A stretch of 64,000 nt of DNA from Promethearchaeota archaeon (GCA_016840085.1 JAEOTA010000054.1:104327-168326), one strand, 5' to 3'; positions 38,478 to 49,281 are shown, counted from the stretch's first letter. Notes: a model not told the origin generated them from the letters alone. Made by a program: numbers and translations.

Positions 38478-38546
38478 AATATCTTTACTTTTTTTTTTCT
38501 CTAAAAATAGATGGTATAATTATTTTTTAATATATTCAAGAAATAA

Positions 38547-39533
38547 TTAGAGTACAGCATTTATAGGAAAATATAATATGATAGCGAGAAGTGCAGACAT
38601 AGGAAAGGTTAATAACCAAATTGCAACTATTTTCCAAATTCCTTTTTTCATTGGTGTATTACTCGCTTTTGATAATCCTACTAATGATGCCACAAGCAAA
38701 TGAGAACCAGAAAGAGGAATTTTTTGAATGGTTCCAATAAGCATGACGGCTGCAGTTGGCACTTGTACTGCAAATGCCGTACTTGGGCGAAGTTCAGTCA
38801 CTTTACCTAAGTTTTTAATAACAATTCTCCCTAAGACCACAATGCCAGCCGCTAAACCAAAACCCGTGATAATAAGTAACGCAGTTAGATTAATATCATC
38901 TCCAACTCCAACAACTATTCCAACTGCGTTAGAACAATCATTTCCCGCTCTAGAGAAGGCAGTAACACATATTACAATTAAAATTATATAGGTATATATA
39001 TTCTCTGATCTTTCATAGTCCTGGAATCCCTTTAAATGCTTAATTTTATGCTTGTGAAGTATCTTAACAACGAGAAATGTTACTAAAAATCCAACTATCG
39101 GAGATAATAACCACCATATACTCATTCCTAGTATTGTATCCCAATTTACACCACCTATACTTCCCAACATCACTCCTAATCCCATAATTCCTCCTATTGT
39201 AGAATGAGTTGATGATATTGGAAGTCCTAAAGCACTGGATAATATTAACCAAATAGCAGTTGAGATCAATATAGTCAAAACAACAGCATTCTGGCTAATA
39301 CCAGTAGTTTCATAATCTATTAAAAGGATCTTGTCACCTACTGATTTAGCAACTCCTTCTCCTAAAAATATAGCACCAGTGATAGCAAAAATCGCTGCTA
39401 AAATGAGAATTTGTTTCATATTAAGAATTCTTGATCCATATAGCGGAGCCATCGTTTCATCGTTAGCTCCGATGGCTATTGATATTACGATAGACATTAT
39501 TAGAAATATCATTATAATTACAGCAAGATCCAT
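38547..39533 (-). CDS. Inorganic phosphate transporter, PiT family
   Basis: GANDE, GLPISSTHS, AGNDCSNAVG, PLSGSH signatures. Confidence 0.9.
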   Translation of the reverse strand: MDLAVIIMIFLIMSIVISIAIGANDETMAPLYGSRILNMKQILILAAIFAITGAIFLGEGVAKSVGDKILLIDYETTGISQNAVVLTILISTAIWLILSSALGLPISSTHSTIGGIMGLGVMLGSIGGVNWDTILGMSIWWLLSPIVGFLVTFLVVKILHKHKIKHLKGFQDYERSENIYTYIILIVICVTAFSRAGNDCSNAVGIVVGVGDDINLTALLIITGFGLAAGIVVLGRIVIKNLGKVTELRPSTAFAVQVPTAAVMLIGTIQKIPLSGSHLLVASLVGLSKASNTPMKKGIWKIVAIWLLTFPMSALLAIILYFPINAVL

Positions 39534-39570
39534 TGTTATCTTTTCTCCCTTTGTTTTATTTTCTTGTTTT

Positions 39571-40227
39571 CTATTTGCTTGGATATTTTATAATTAAACT
39601 TCTAAGAAAATCACTAATTTCTTCAGCCCTTACGATCATATCAAATAATTTTATGCAAATTTTTGATGTTAGGTATACTTGAAGGGATTTTTCTTCTGAT
39701 TTTTGATATATCACTTCTAAGATATTGAATTTGGATTCACGAGCACGTCGCTTAAGAGTCTCAATATCGAATGACATTTGGTAAGCTGTTTTAAAATCTG
39801 TCTCCATAAGTCTTATCATTTCGATAAGATTTTTTATAGTCTCTTCACATATGTCATTTAATAATTTCAGATCCTCCTTGATATCATCATAAAGGTCAAA
39901 AGGATACACTTTCAAACTACGAGCAAGCTCTTCTGAGTTATCCGAGATAATATCTATATACTTAATTAATCTATAACGATCTTCAACTAAAAAAGGAAGA
40001 GCGCGTTTATCCGAATAAAGACTATTAATGTAATTTTCTTTTGCAATGTCAGCATTATGTTCAGATTGTACTACTTCTTCTAATTTGTTTTTATTTAGCT
40101 TTCCATCTATTAGATCATTAATACAATCATGGAGCAAGTGTGAGCCTTTCAAAACTTCTGTGTAGAATTCCTTCGCAGTATTTAATAATTTATTTTTCTT
40201 ATCTTGTTTTAATTTCATTTTATTCAC
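39571..40227 (-). CDS. DUF47 phosphate transport regulator (PhoU-like)
   Basis: EHNAD, LPFLVEDRYRL; adjacent to PiT. Confidence 0.85.
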   Translation of the reverse strand: MNKMKLKQDKKNKLLNTAKEFYTEVLKGSHLLHDCINDLIDGKLNKNKLEEVVQSEHNADIAKENYINSLYSDKRALPFLVEDRYRLIKYIDIISDNSEELARSLKVYPFDLYDDIKEDLKLLNDICEETIKNLIEMIRLMETDFKTAYQMSFDIETLKRRARESKFNILEVIYQKSEEKSLQVYLTSKICIKLFDMIVRAEEISDFLRSLIIKYPSK

Positions 40228-40417
40228 ATCAAGAATTAATTTTATAATATACGCCTAAAGGAATATAATAGTAATCATTAAGATTTAATTACATAAAAGT
40301 TTTTTAAAAATAACAATAATACATTTCTTCACTAAGTATCTCTCTGGTAGAACCATTTTTACTACAAAAATAGTATTCTGATTATTTTTAACAGACAGAA
40401 AAATTAGATCTAGTACC

Positions 40418-40978
40418 TTGCCCTATACTGAAATAAAATTTAGAGATATAATATTCGATCCAGAAGTTCAATCTTATTGTGTTAATTCCAATTTCAAGTG
40501 TCCTAATTATAATCATTCTTGGGCATGTCCTCCTGAAGCACCTTATCTTGAAAAGGAAGTTTCTACATTTAATAAATTCTTTCTTATTTATTATAAATGT
40601 GATTTAAATGAACATATAGAAAAAGAAAAATTGAAGCATCCTAACCAAAGTGAGAAAAGAATAAGAAACAAGCTTCTAATGACTAATTTTCTAAGAGATA
40701 AATTAGAACAGGAAATTTTTGAATTTCTTAACGAATTTCAAGACAATTATAAACAAAAATTTGTTTTATGGGATGGACATTGCCGAGTCTGTTATAATAT
40801 ACTAGATAAGGATTGCTCTTATGATAGTGGTGAACCATGTAGATATCTTGATAAAATAAGATATTCAATGGAAGCGGTAGGTATAGATGTTACTAAAACT
40901 GTAAGAAATGTGGATCTTGATATCGAATGGCCACCAATTAATTATATTTATCGATTTGGTTTAATATGTATTAAATAA
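40418..40978 (+). CDS. DUF2284 metal-binding protein
   Basis: CPNYNHSWACPP, GHCRVC...C...EPCRY, RYSMEAVGIDV. Confidence 0.88.
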   Translation: MPYTEIKFRDIIFDPEVQSYCVNSNFKCPNYNHSWACPPEAPYLEKEVSTFNKFFLIYYKCDLNEHIEKEKLKHPNQSEKRIRNKLLMTNFLRDKLEQEIFEFLNEFQDNYKQKFVLWDGHCRVCYNILDKDCSYDSGEPCRYLDKIRYSMEAVGIDVTKTVRNVDLDIEWPPINYIYRFGLICIK

Positions 40979-41061
40979 AAAATAGCTAAACTAGACTTTT
41001 TATGTAGAAAAATAAAAACTGGACTACAGTTTTTTTTTATTTATTATTATATTTTTTTCAT

Positions 41062-41589
41062 TTGAGGAAAAAAATTAGAATCATGGTTAACTGGACTCTT
41101 TTTCAAACTGGCTTTGATGTTTTTTGGGATGATCCAATTGGATGGTTTTTAAGCTTACCCTTATTTAGCCAAATATTAATTATTATTGGACTTATTGCAC
41201 TTACTATAGCTGCTCTCGTTTTAGTCTATTATATCTTAAAAGGTCTTGCTTATTTATTATATTATATCTTTAAAGGGTTATATTATCTTTTTAAAGGAAT
41301 TTTCCTTGGCTTCTATAAACTTTTTGAAGCATTTTATCATGCAATTTCAGGAAAACCCAAGAAAAATAGACAAGAAATATTACCTATTCCTGAAACCCCA
41401 CAATTTTCTCGAGAATATTTTCCAAATAGAAATAAACAGAATAAATTTAAGATTCCTAATTATTGCACCGAATGTGGACAAAAAATAACAGAATCTATGA
41501 ATTCCCTTCTAATTTCACGAGGTGTAGGTTATTGTTTTCATTGTGGTAAGGGGTTTAAGTTACAAATGACTTATAATTCTAATTTTTAA
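41062..41589 (+). CDS. Membrane-anchored zinc-ribbon protein (likely start ATG 41083)
   Basis: TM helix, amphipathic KGLxY repeats, YCTECG...YCFHCG. Confidence 0.75.
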   Translation: MRKKIRIMVNWTLFQTGFDVFWDDPIGWFLSLPLFSQILIIIGLIALTIAALVLVYYILKGLAYLLYYIFKGLYYLFKGIFLGFYKLFEAFYHAISGKPKKNRQEILPIPETPQFSREYFPNRNKQNKFKIPNYCTECGQKITESMNSLLISRGVGYCFHCGKGFKLQMTYNSNF

Positions 41590-41639
41590 TATTTCTTCTG
41601 GTTAGAAATTAAAGTAAAATTAAAAAAAAAAAGAATTAC

Positions 41640-42972
41640 TCAAAAGATATTATTATCTAAGACTATCGTTTCCTTCCTATCCGGACCAATAGATATCATA
41701 GCTATATCTACTTGAAGCTCTTCTCTGATTGCTTGAAGGTATATTTTCATGGTGTCTGGTAAAGTGTCATATCCTTTTTCTGAAATTTCTAACCACTTAT
41801 CTCTACTCCTTTCTTCCCATCCTTCAAATGATTTATAAATTGGTTGGCATTTTTCTATAATCTCATGCTGAATAGGCCAACTTTCGAGTGTTTCTCCATT
41901 TAGTTCATATGCAATACACATCTTAATGGTGGGTATTCCTTGCAGAGCATCCAATAAAGTTATGATAATCTTATCAATTCCATTTATCATTATCCCATAT
42001 TTAATATTAAAGAGATCAATCCATCCGACTCTGCGTGGTCTTCCTGTTACCGTACCGTATTCATGACCTTGTTCTCTAATTTTTTCAGCAGTATCATTAA
42101 ATAATTCAGTTGGGAATTTACCCTCTCCCACTCTAGAAGTGTATGCTTTAATTATACCAACTACTTTATTAATTTTTTTAGGAGGTATTCCTGTTCCAGC
42201 AGAAATTCCAAGGGCATTAGCATTTGAAGAGGTACCAAATGGGTAACAACCATGATCTATACATAAGAGATTGCCTTGAGCTCCCTCGAAAACAACTCTT
42301 TTACCGCTATCTATAGCCTTATTTAAGTAATATGCTGTATCGATTACATATGGTTTTAGTTGTTTACCATAAGACTTATATTCTTCATAAATAGATTCTA
42401 AATCAACGTTCCAGCTCGGATCGTAAACCTGTATTATATCTTTCTTAATTTTATATAATTTCTCTAATTTAGGTCTTAATACGTCAGGATTGATCAGATC
42501 ATAAATTCTTAATCCCCAACGAGCCGCTTTATCCGAATATGTTGGTCCAATTCCTCGTTTTGTTGTACCAGCCCTATATTCTCCCTTTGATTTTTCTTCT
42601 AAGCTATCCAACGTGCGATGGAATGGGAAAATAACGTGGGCAGTAGAGCTTAATTTCAAATTAATTTTTTTATTGAGCTTTTTTAAATTTTCAATTTCTT
42701 CAAGAAGAACTTTTGGATCGACCACACATCCATTTGCAATAACACATTCCTTTTCAAGTGGAGCACCACTGGGAATTAACTTGAATTTGTATTTAATTCC
42801 ATTTGCATTGATCGTATGGCCTGCATTATTTCCGCCATTGTATCTTACGACAACATCTGCTTTTTGGGCTAAGTAATCGACGAATTTACCTTTTCCTTCG
42901 TTTGGGGTTAGCATGCGATTTGCCTTGCTAAGCTCCCCAACTTAACCCCATAATTGCTATATTATTACTCAT
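41640..42972 (-). CDS. purA: Adenylosuccinate synthetase split by a 31-nt intron (exons 42972-42933 and 42901-41640; 433 aa spliced)
   Basis: Exon 1 MSNNIAIMGLSWG(D) joined to exon 2 EGKGK; RYNGGNNAGHT, GTTKRGIGP, FEGAQG, EYGTVTGRPRRVGW. Confidence 0.95.
42902..42932 (-). other. Putative BHB-type mRNA intron in purA (31 nt: CTTAGCAAGGCAAATCGCATGCTAACCCCAA)
   Basis: GGGG/CCCC 4-bp helix, AG^C and AA^A trinucleotides, TTAGCA/TGCTAA intron stem; removal gives GGA GAC GAA GGA AAA. Confidence 0.85.
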
Positions 42973-43197
42973 AAGTCATTTTCCATTTGACATTTTTTTA
43001 GAATTACATCATCTTATTTGATCCAAAAAAGATTATTACATACAATTTATAAAATTTTTGGTAGGTAAGAACGGACATAAAAATGATATGAAATGATTTT
43101 TATATTCGAATTTTCTTTAAAATTATATCCTTATTTTGATAAACCATTAATAACAATAAAACTCCTTTAAAAAAATTTCTTTTAAAATGCTGGAACT

Positions 43198-44118
43198 ATG
43201 CCGCAGAAAACAATTTTATTTGATCTCGCTCATAATGAAATGCTAAATATAGAGGATGCTGAATTTTCCGACTTTCTAAGTCTTTTGAAAAGAATGGACA
43301 TTAAGATAAAGAAAACTGAGAATGAGCATCTTAAAAAGAATATGTTAAGTAATGTTGATCTCTTAGTAATTGGCAATCCAATTGATGATTATTTTTCCAG
43401 TATTGAAGTTAAATATATTGTTGATTTTGTTCGAAGTGGAGGGGGATTGCTTCTTTTAAGTGAATATGGCGCGGACTACCTTCAAAAAACTAATTTAAAT
43501 GATATTTCAGGAAAATTTGGGATTCTTTTTGAAAAGAATATAATTAAAGAAAGTACTAGGGAGAATCAAAATATTTCTAGCATATTACATATTAATAAAT
43601 TTTCAAAACATCAAATCACTAAAAATCTAAGAGAAATTGTGGTAGGAGGGGCGTGCTCTCTCCTTTTAAGTAAAGATGCAAAACCAATATTTCAAATTAA
43701 TAAACAATATGTGTGGTCAGAAGTTTTTAATAGCAGTACTGAACAATGGATTAAAGATGAGGAAGAGACACAACAAATTATAGCAGCATTTACAGAATTT
43801 GGGCAAGGAAAGGTATTAGCTATTGGAGATATTGATGTATTTACAACTGATTCTAATATTGGAATTAATTCCTTGGATAATCAAAAATTTTTGCAAAATG
43901 CCATAAATTGGTTAATAGAGCCAGTAAAAGAACAAATGGTGATAAGTTTTTTACTTAATCAATTAGGTGATCTTCAGTATGAAATCAGAGAAACCAATAA
44001 AATATTAAATAACATTATTGAAACGATCACAATATTAGAAAAAAGAATAAGTTATTTAGAGAAAAACTCGAGTTTTCACAAAAAAAGTTTAAAAAATGAA
44101 AAGAATAGCGAAAAGTAA
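43198..44118 (+). CDS. GIFT-domain (IFT52/GldG/DUF4350-like) protein with C-terminal coiled coil
   Basis: TILFDLAHNE, DLLVIGNP, FVRSGGGLLLL, TNLN, GQGKVLAIGD, NQKFLQNAINWL; heptad tail. Confidence 0.75.
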   Translation: MPQKTILFDLAHNEMLNIEDAEFSDFLSLLKRMDIKIKKTENEHLKKNMLSNVDLLVIGNPIDDYFSSIEVKYIVDFVRSGGGLLLLSEYGADYLQKTNLNDISGKFGILFEKNIIKESTRENQNISSILHINKFSKHQITKNLREIVVGGACSLLLSKDAKPIFQINKQYVWSEVFNSSTEQWIKDEEETQQIIAAFTEFGQGKVLAIGDIDVFTTDSNIGINSLDNQKFLQNAINWLIEPVKEQMVISFLLNQLGDLQYEIRETNKILNNIIETITILEKRISYLEKNSSFHKKSLKNEKNSEK

Positions 44119-44120
44119 TC

Positions 44121-44654
44121 ATGGGAGAAGTCACTTATAAAATTGTCGTTTTTGGAAATGGTGGAGTAGGGAAAACTACTCTACTTCATCGTTATATAAC
44201 AGGGAAATTCTTTTTAGACACAAAAGTGACGATTGGTTTGGACATTGCGGTGAAATACCTGGAAATAGAAGGTATTAAGATTACGCTTCAGATATGGGAT
44301 TTCGGAGGTGAAGATCGGTTTAGATTCCTTTTACCTAATTATACCCGTGGTGCATTTGGAGGAATTTTCATGTATGATACTACACGACCTCATAGTTTAC
44401 GGAATATTGATGAGTGGTTAGAAATATTTAGAAGAGAACAAATTAAAAAATTTCATGCTCCATTAATATTAGTTGGAGGAAAGTCAGATCTTATAACAAG
44501 GAGATTAATTTCTGAAAAAGAAGCAAAAAAAGTAGCAAAATCCTATAAAATTTCTCATCACTTTGAATGTTCTGCTAAAACGGGTGAAAATGTAGAATTA
44601 ATATTTGATACTTTAATAAGAACAATTATGAGAAAAGCAAGTCTCCTTAAATAG
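44121..44654 (+). CDS. Rab-like small GTPase
   Basis: GNGGVGKTT, TIGLD, WDFGGEDRFR, GKSD, CSAK. Confidence 0.92.
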   Translation: MGEVTYKIVVFGNGGVGKTTLLHRYITGKFFLDTKVTIGLDIAVKYLEIEGIKITLQIWDFGGEDRFRFLLPNYTRGAFGGIFMYDTTRPHSLRNIDEWLEIFRREQIKKFHAPLILVGGKSDLITRRLISEKEAKKVAKSYKISHHFECSAKTGENVELIFDTLIRTIMRKASLLK

Positions 44655-44901
44655 AGTTTTTTGAATATATTTCAGATATCTATTTTATTTCACTACTATA
44701 TAGAAGATCTAAATGCTTAATTGCCATTTCTTGCGAAATATGATGATTCTTTAATTTTTCAGAAATAGTAGTTAGGAGATATCTAGGGGTAAATTTATTA
44801 ATAGTTATATCAAATAAAAGAGCATAATGATTTTTGCCCCTTACTTCAATTTCATCCACACAATTTATCTATATATTTCTACTGTAAAAAAAACCTTTTT
44901 C

Positions 44902-44916
44902 GAGTCAATATGACTC
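44902..44916. promoter_or_regulatory. Inverted repeat GAGTCA-ATA-TGACTC, possible operator upstream of abfD
   Basis: 6-3-6 perfect dyad about 115 nt before ATG 45031. Confidence 0.35.
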
Positions 44917-45030
44917 AAGTATTTATCTTTAAAATGTTAGATCTTAATTTGTATTAAGACTATTTTTAATAATTATGAGAACTTTACTTTTTTATTAACT
45001 TAATTTGAAAAGATTTAGGTATTTAAAAAA

Positions 45031-46476
45031 ATGCCATTAAAAACGCCGGAAGAATATTTAGAGAGTATTAAAAGACCTGTAAACTTATACATGTTTGGTG
45101 AAAAAGTAAAAGAGTTTTGGAATCACCCAATTATCAAACCTTCGATAAATACTGTTATGAAAATTTATGAATTAGCACAATTGGATGAATATAAGGACCT
45201 CATGACAGCAAAATCACATTTAACTGGTGAAACAATTAATCGATTCACTCACATTCATCAATCTATAGATGATTTAATTAAAAAAGTACAAATGCAAAGA
45301 TTACTTGGACAAAAAACTGCGTGTTGTTTTCAGAGATGTGTTGGTTTTGATACCGCTAATGCGTTATACAGTGTAACTTCCGAAATGGATAAAAAATATG
45401 GAACAGATTATCATAACCGATTCAAAAATTATTGGATTGAAGTACAAAATCAAGATTTAATGGTTGATGGGGCCATGACAGATACAAAAGGAGATCGAAG
45501 TAAAAGACCTAACCAACAATCAGATCTAGATGCATATTTGCATATTGTGGAAGAGAATGATGAGGGTATTGTCGTTCGAGGCGCAAAAGTCCATCAGACT
45601 GGATTTTTAAACTCTCATAGAGCCATTATTATGCCTACTCTTACTATACGTCCTGGAGAAGAAGAATACGCTGTTAGTTTCGGAATAGATACTAATGCTA
45701 AAGGAATCACTTTAGTATATGGAAGGCAATCATGTGATACTAGAAAAATGGAAAAAGGAAAATTAGATATTGGTAACTTTAAGTATGGAGGTCAAGAGAT
45801 ATTTGTAATCTTTGATAATGTGTTTGTTCCAAAAGATCAAATCTTTATGAAGGGTGAAATTGAATTTTCAGGAGAATTAGTCAACAGATTTGCTGGTTTT
45901 CATAGACAATCATATGGCGGGTGTAAAGTGGGAGTTGGAGATGTGCTCATTGGGGCAGCAGCTTTAATTTCAGAATATAATGGGACAGAAAGAGCGTCTC
46001 ACATTCGTGATAAACTTGTTGAGATGGTTCATTTAAACGAGACACTATATAGTTGTGGAATTGCATGTAGTTCTTTGGGTTTTCAAAGAGAAGCTGGAAA
46101 TTATGAAATGGATATGCTACTTGCAAATGTTTGTAAGCAAAATGTTACTCGATTTCCCTATGAAATAGGGAGATTAGCTGAAGATCTCGCCGGGGGATTA
46201 ATATGTACACTTCCTTCTGAAGCAGATTTCAAATCTGAGGAAATTGGTCACTTAATAAGCAAATATCTTTCCACATGTGAAGGAATAGGACCTGATGATC
46301 GTTATAAAGTTCTGCGCTTTATTGAAAATTTGACGATGGGCGTTGCTTCAGTAAGCTATCGGACGGAATCAATGCATGGAGCAGGAAGCCCTATGACGCA
46401 GAGAATTATGATTTCACGTCAAGCCAATCTGGAAGAAAAGAAGAAGCATGTAAAAAATATTCTTGATATTGATTAA
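45031..46476 (+). CDS. abfD: 4-hydroxybutyryl-CoA dehydratase / vinylacetyl-CoA isomerase
   Basis: CCFQRCVG, GAMTDTKGDRS, GAKVHQTG, FHRQSYGGCKVG, ESMHGAGSP. Confidence 0.9.
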   Translation: MPLKTPEEYLESIKRPVNLYMFGEKVKEFWNHPIIKPSINTVMKIYELAQLDEYKDLMTAKSHLTGETINRFTHIHQSIDDLIKKVQMQRLLGQKTACCFQRCVGFDTANALYSVTSEMDKKYGTDYHNRFKNYWIEVQNQDLMVDGAMTDTKGDRSKRPNQQSDLDAYLHIVEENDEGIVVRGAKVHQTGFLNSHRAIIMPTLTIRPGEEEYAVSFGIDTNAKGITLVYGRQSCDTRKMEKGKLDIGNFKYGGQEIFVIFDNVFVPKDQIFMKGEIEFSGELVNRFAGFHRQSYGGCKVGVGDVLIGAAALISEYNGTERASHIRDKLVEMVHLNETLYSCGIACSSLGFQREAGNYEMDMLLANVCKQNVTRFPYEIGRLAEDLAGGLICTLPSEADFKSEEIGHLISKYLSTCEGIGPDDRYKVLRFIENLTMGVASVSYRTESMHGAGSPMTQRIMISRQANLEEKKKHVKNILDID

Positions 46477-46561
46477 ATTGTAAATGTTATAAGAAAATTT
46501 TAAACGTACTATAATTTTAATCCAATTAAATAAATAATTCCATTTTCTAAATTGGTAAAAC

Positions 46562-47944
46562 ATGAGTGAGAAATCATTTGATGAGATATTTTCTGTTTTT
46601 GAAGAGGTTTGCAACAGCTATAAAAGGAGTAATCAATATTTTGACATTCTTTTTGATTCAGAATCATCTGCTCTTATTACAAAATCACGTACATCAGAAA
46701 ATATTGTTGTGAATGCAAAGAAATCGGGAATAGTTGCTAGAACATTTACAGGCATATGGAAAGAAATAACTTTAACTGAATTTTCAGGCATAAAAAAAAT
46801 CGAAGAAAAATTGCCTAGAGTTGCAAATATGGGTAAAAATCTTATGGAATTTGAAGGATGGAGTTTAAATGAAGAAATAAAGCCAAAAATTAATCCACTT
46901 GAAGTTCCAATTGATGAAAAAATCAAAAAAGTTAGAGATATTTATGACTATATGATGAAAACTGATGACCGAATAATTAATACGGAAGTTAAATACATGG
47001 AACAATTTACGGAACGAATTTTTTTTAATAATGAAGGATGTCAATTAAGGCAAGTCATCCCTAGATCAAAACTCTTTATTATTCCTGTAGCAAAAGAAGG
47101 AATTGTAGCAGACTATGATTATTACATTGATACTGGTGAAATTGGCTTTGAAATCTTTGATAAGATTGATAATGACACATTAGATAAAACTGCTGAAAAA
47201 TCTTTGGAGCTGCTCCAAGCAGTATTAGCACCTTCTGGAAAATATCCTGTCATTTTAGACCCTGGTATGACTGGAATAGTCGCACATGAAAGTTTTGGAC
47301 ATGGTCTTGAAGCAGATCAAGTTATGCGGGATAGAAGTTATTTGAAAGCGAAACTTAATCAACAAGTTGCATCTGAAATTTGTACAATCTGTGATTCACC
47401 TACAATTGATAATGCTTTTGGGACTTACTTTTTTGATGATGAGGGGATCAAAGCAAGTAAAAATCTATTGGTTAAAGATGGGATATTAAAAGATTTCATA
47501 TATGATAGAAGAACTGCTTCTGCGTTAAATGCCATCCCAAAAGGTAATGGGAGAAGGGAAAGTTTTGCTCATCCTGTTCACCCAAGAATGACAAATACTT
47601 ATTTTGAACCTGGTGATTATTCCCTAGAAGAAATGATTAAAGGAATCAAGTATGGTGTGTTTTTGGTTCATGAATATTTCGGTATGGAAGATCCACTTGG
47701 AGGAGGGATGCAAAACACTTCTAAGAAAGGCTATTTAATTGAGAATGGAGAAAAAACCAAGATATTAAAGGCGGTAACACTAAGTGGTCATGTATTGGAG
47801 ACATTACCCAAAATTGATGCAATTAGTAGGGGACCAATTGAAATAAATGGAGGGACATGTGGCAAAGGTGATGAAGATAATGTTCCTGTAGGGAGCGGAG
47901 GTACTTACGTTCGAATTAAAGAAGCATTAATTAGTCCAGGGTGA
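46562..47944 (+). CDS. tldD: TldD family metalloprotease
   Basis: AHESFGHGLEAD (HExxxH), DDEG, GNGRRES, PRMTNT, CGKG. Confidence 0.92.
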   Translation: MSEKSFDEIFSVFEEVCNSYKRSNQYFDILFDSESSALITKSRTSENIVVNAKKSGIVARTFTGIWKEITLTEFSGIKKIEEKLPRVANMGKNLMEFEGWSLNEEIKPKINPLEVPIDEKIKKVRDIYDYMMKTDDRIINTEVKYMEQFTERIFFNNEGCQLRQVIPRSKLFIIPVAKEGIVADYDYYIDTGEIGFEIFDKIDNDTLDKTAEKSLELLQAVLAPSGKYPVILDPGMTGIVAHESFGHGLEADQVMRDRSYLKAKLNQQVASEICTICDSPTIDNAFGTYFFDDEGIKASKNLLVKDGILKDFIYDRRTASALNAIPKGNGRRESFAHPVHPRMTNTYFEPGDYSLEEMIKGIKYGVFLVHEYFGMEDPLGGGMQNTSKKGYLIENGEKTKILKAVTLSGHVLETLPKIDAISRGPIEINGGTCGKGDEDNVPVGSGGTYVRIKEALISPG

Positions 47945-49281
47945 TATTAAAGATGACAAATGAAAAATTTGATTTAATTGAAGAAACTCTTAAAGCGAAA
48001 AATATTGAGGAATATGAAATTTATTTCATTGAAAAAGAATTCTATGAAACAATGTTCTTAAAAAGTGAACCAGAAGTAGAAAGAGAAATAGAAGATTTTG
48101 AGTATTTTATCCGAATCCTTACTCAAAAAGGAGATCAAACGGGAGTAGGTGTTGTTAAAGGAAATTCTATGGATTCTAAAGAATTAGGAAAAAATATAGA
48201 TACTTGCGTTTTGCTTTCTAAGAATAATATTACTTCAAAATATCGGTTTCCAGAAAAGAGACCAATTTCAAAAATTACTACAGCTGACAACGCTATATTG
48301 AAAGATCCGATTGGTATAAAAAATGATCTATGTGAAGAGCTAATAAGCCTAGTTAAAGAACAAAAAGGAGTAGTTCCAACTTTTGGTCGGTTAAGGTTAC
48401 ATATTAAAAATAGCTTGTTAAGAAATAGTAATGAAGTAAATCTTGATTCCACAAAAACATTCTTGTATGTAGAATATTCCTTAAAGGCACAAAGAAATGG
48501 GAAATTATCTGAATATTGGAACACAGAATATTTCAAAGAAAAAGAACATTTAAATTTTAAGAAAAGAGTGGTTGAATGGGCAAAAATTGCAAAAGATACT
48601 TTAATAGCAGAACCACCTAAACCTAATAAGGAAGCAATTGTTATATTTACACCTCATGTTTTAAAGGAAGCAATTATTCCCGTGATTGGATTTCATGCTT
48701 CAGGACAGTCTTTTAGCGAGGAGACTTCTGCTTACAATATAAATAATGAGGTGGCTTCTAAAGAAATCACAATTATAGATGATGGACTCCTTGAAGGCGG
48801 ATTAAGCTCTAACCCATGGGATGGTGAAGGAAATCCTCATCAGAAAACAGTAGTGATCAAAAATGGTATCTTCCAAAAACGATTGTATGATCAAAAATAT
48901 GCTAAAATAAACGGTGAAGATTCAACTGGAAACGGGATAAGAAGCAATTTTGGTGGAATTAATAATGGGATTAGCAATTTCCAAATTATTCCTGGAACCA
49001 CATCTTTAGATGATATGATTTCAGATATAAAAGAAGGTTATTATATAGAGAAATTTTCATGGTTGAACCCTGAAGAATTATCAGGATATTTCGGCGCAGA
49101 AATAAGAAATGGCTATTATATTAAAAATGGTGAATTTCAGAATCCAATAAAACTTGGAAATGTGAGTGGTAATGTTTTAGAAATGATGAAAAATTGTCTA
49201 CATATTTCAAAAGAAACAGAATTTTCAGAGAATTCTCTCTTTCCATATATGTGTTTCTCTAATTTAACCGTGTCATTTTAA
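47941..49281 (+). CDS. pmbA: TldE/PmbA family protein
   Basis: WDGEG, STGNG, SGN; lacks HExxxH; 4-bp overlap with tldD. Confidence 0.85.
   Translation: MILKMTNEKFDLIEETLKAKNIEEYEIYFIEKEFYETMFLKSEPEVEREIEDFEYFIRILTQKGDQTGVGVVKGNSMDSKELGKNIDTCVLLSKNNITSKYRFPEKRPISKITTADNAILKDPIGIKNDLCEELISLVKEQKGVVPTFGRLRLHIKNSLLRNSNEVNLDSTKTFLYVEYSLKAQRNGKLSEYWNTEYFKEKEHLNFKKRVVEWAKIAKDTLIAEPPKPNKEAIVIFTPHVLKEAIIPVIGFHASGQSFSEETSAYNINNEVASKEITIIDDGLLEGGLSSNPWDGEGNPHQKTVVIKNGIFQKRLYDQKYAKINGEDSTGNGIRSNFGGINNGISNFQIIPGTTSLDDMISDIKEGYYIEKFSWLNPEELSGYFGAEIRNGYYIKNGEFQNPIKLGNVSGNVLEMMKNCLHISKETEFSENSLFPYMCFSNLTVSF

Noticed and set aside
41640-42914. ORF-track start for purA (MLTPNEGKGK)
   Set aside because: It lacks the first beta-strand and catalytic Asp; this ATG lies inside the putative intron
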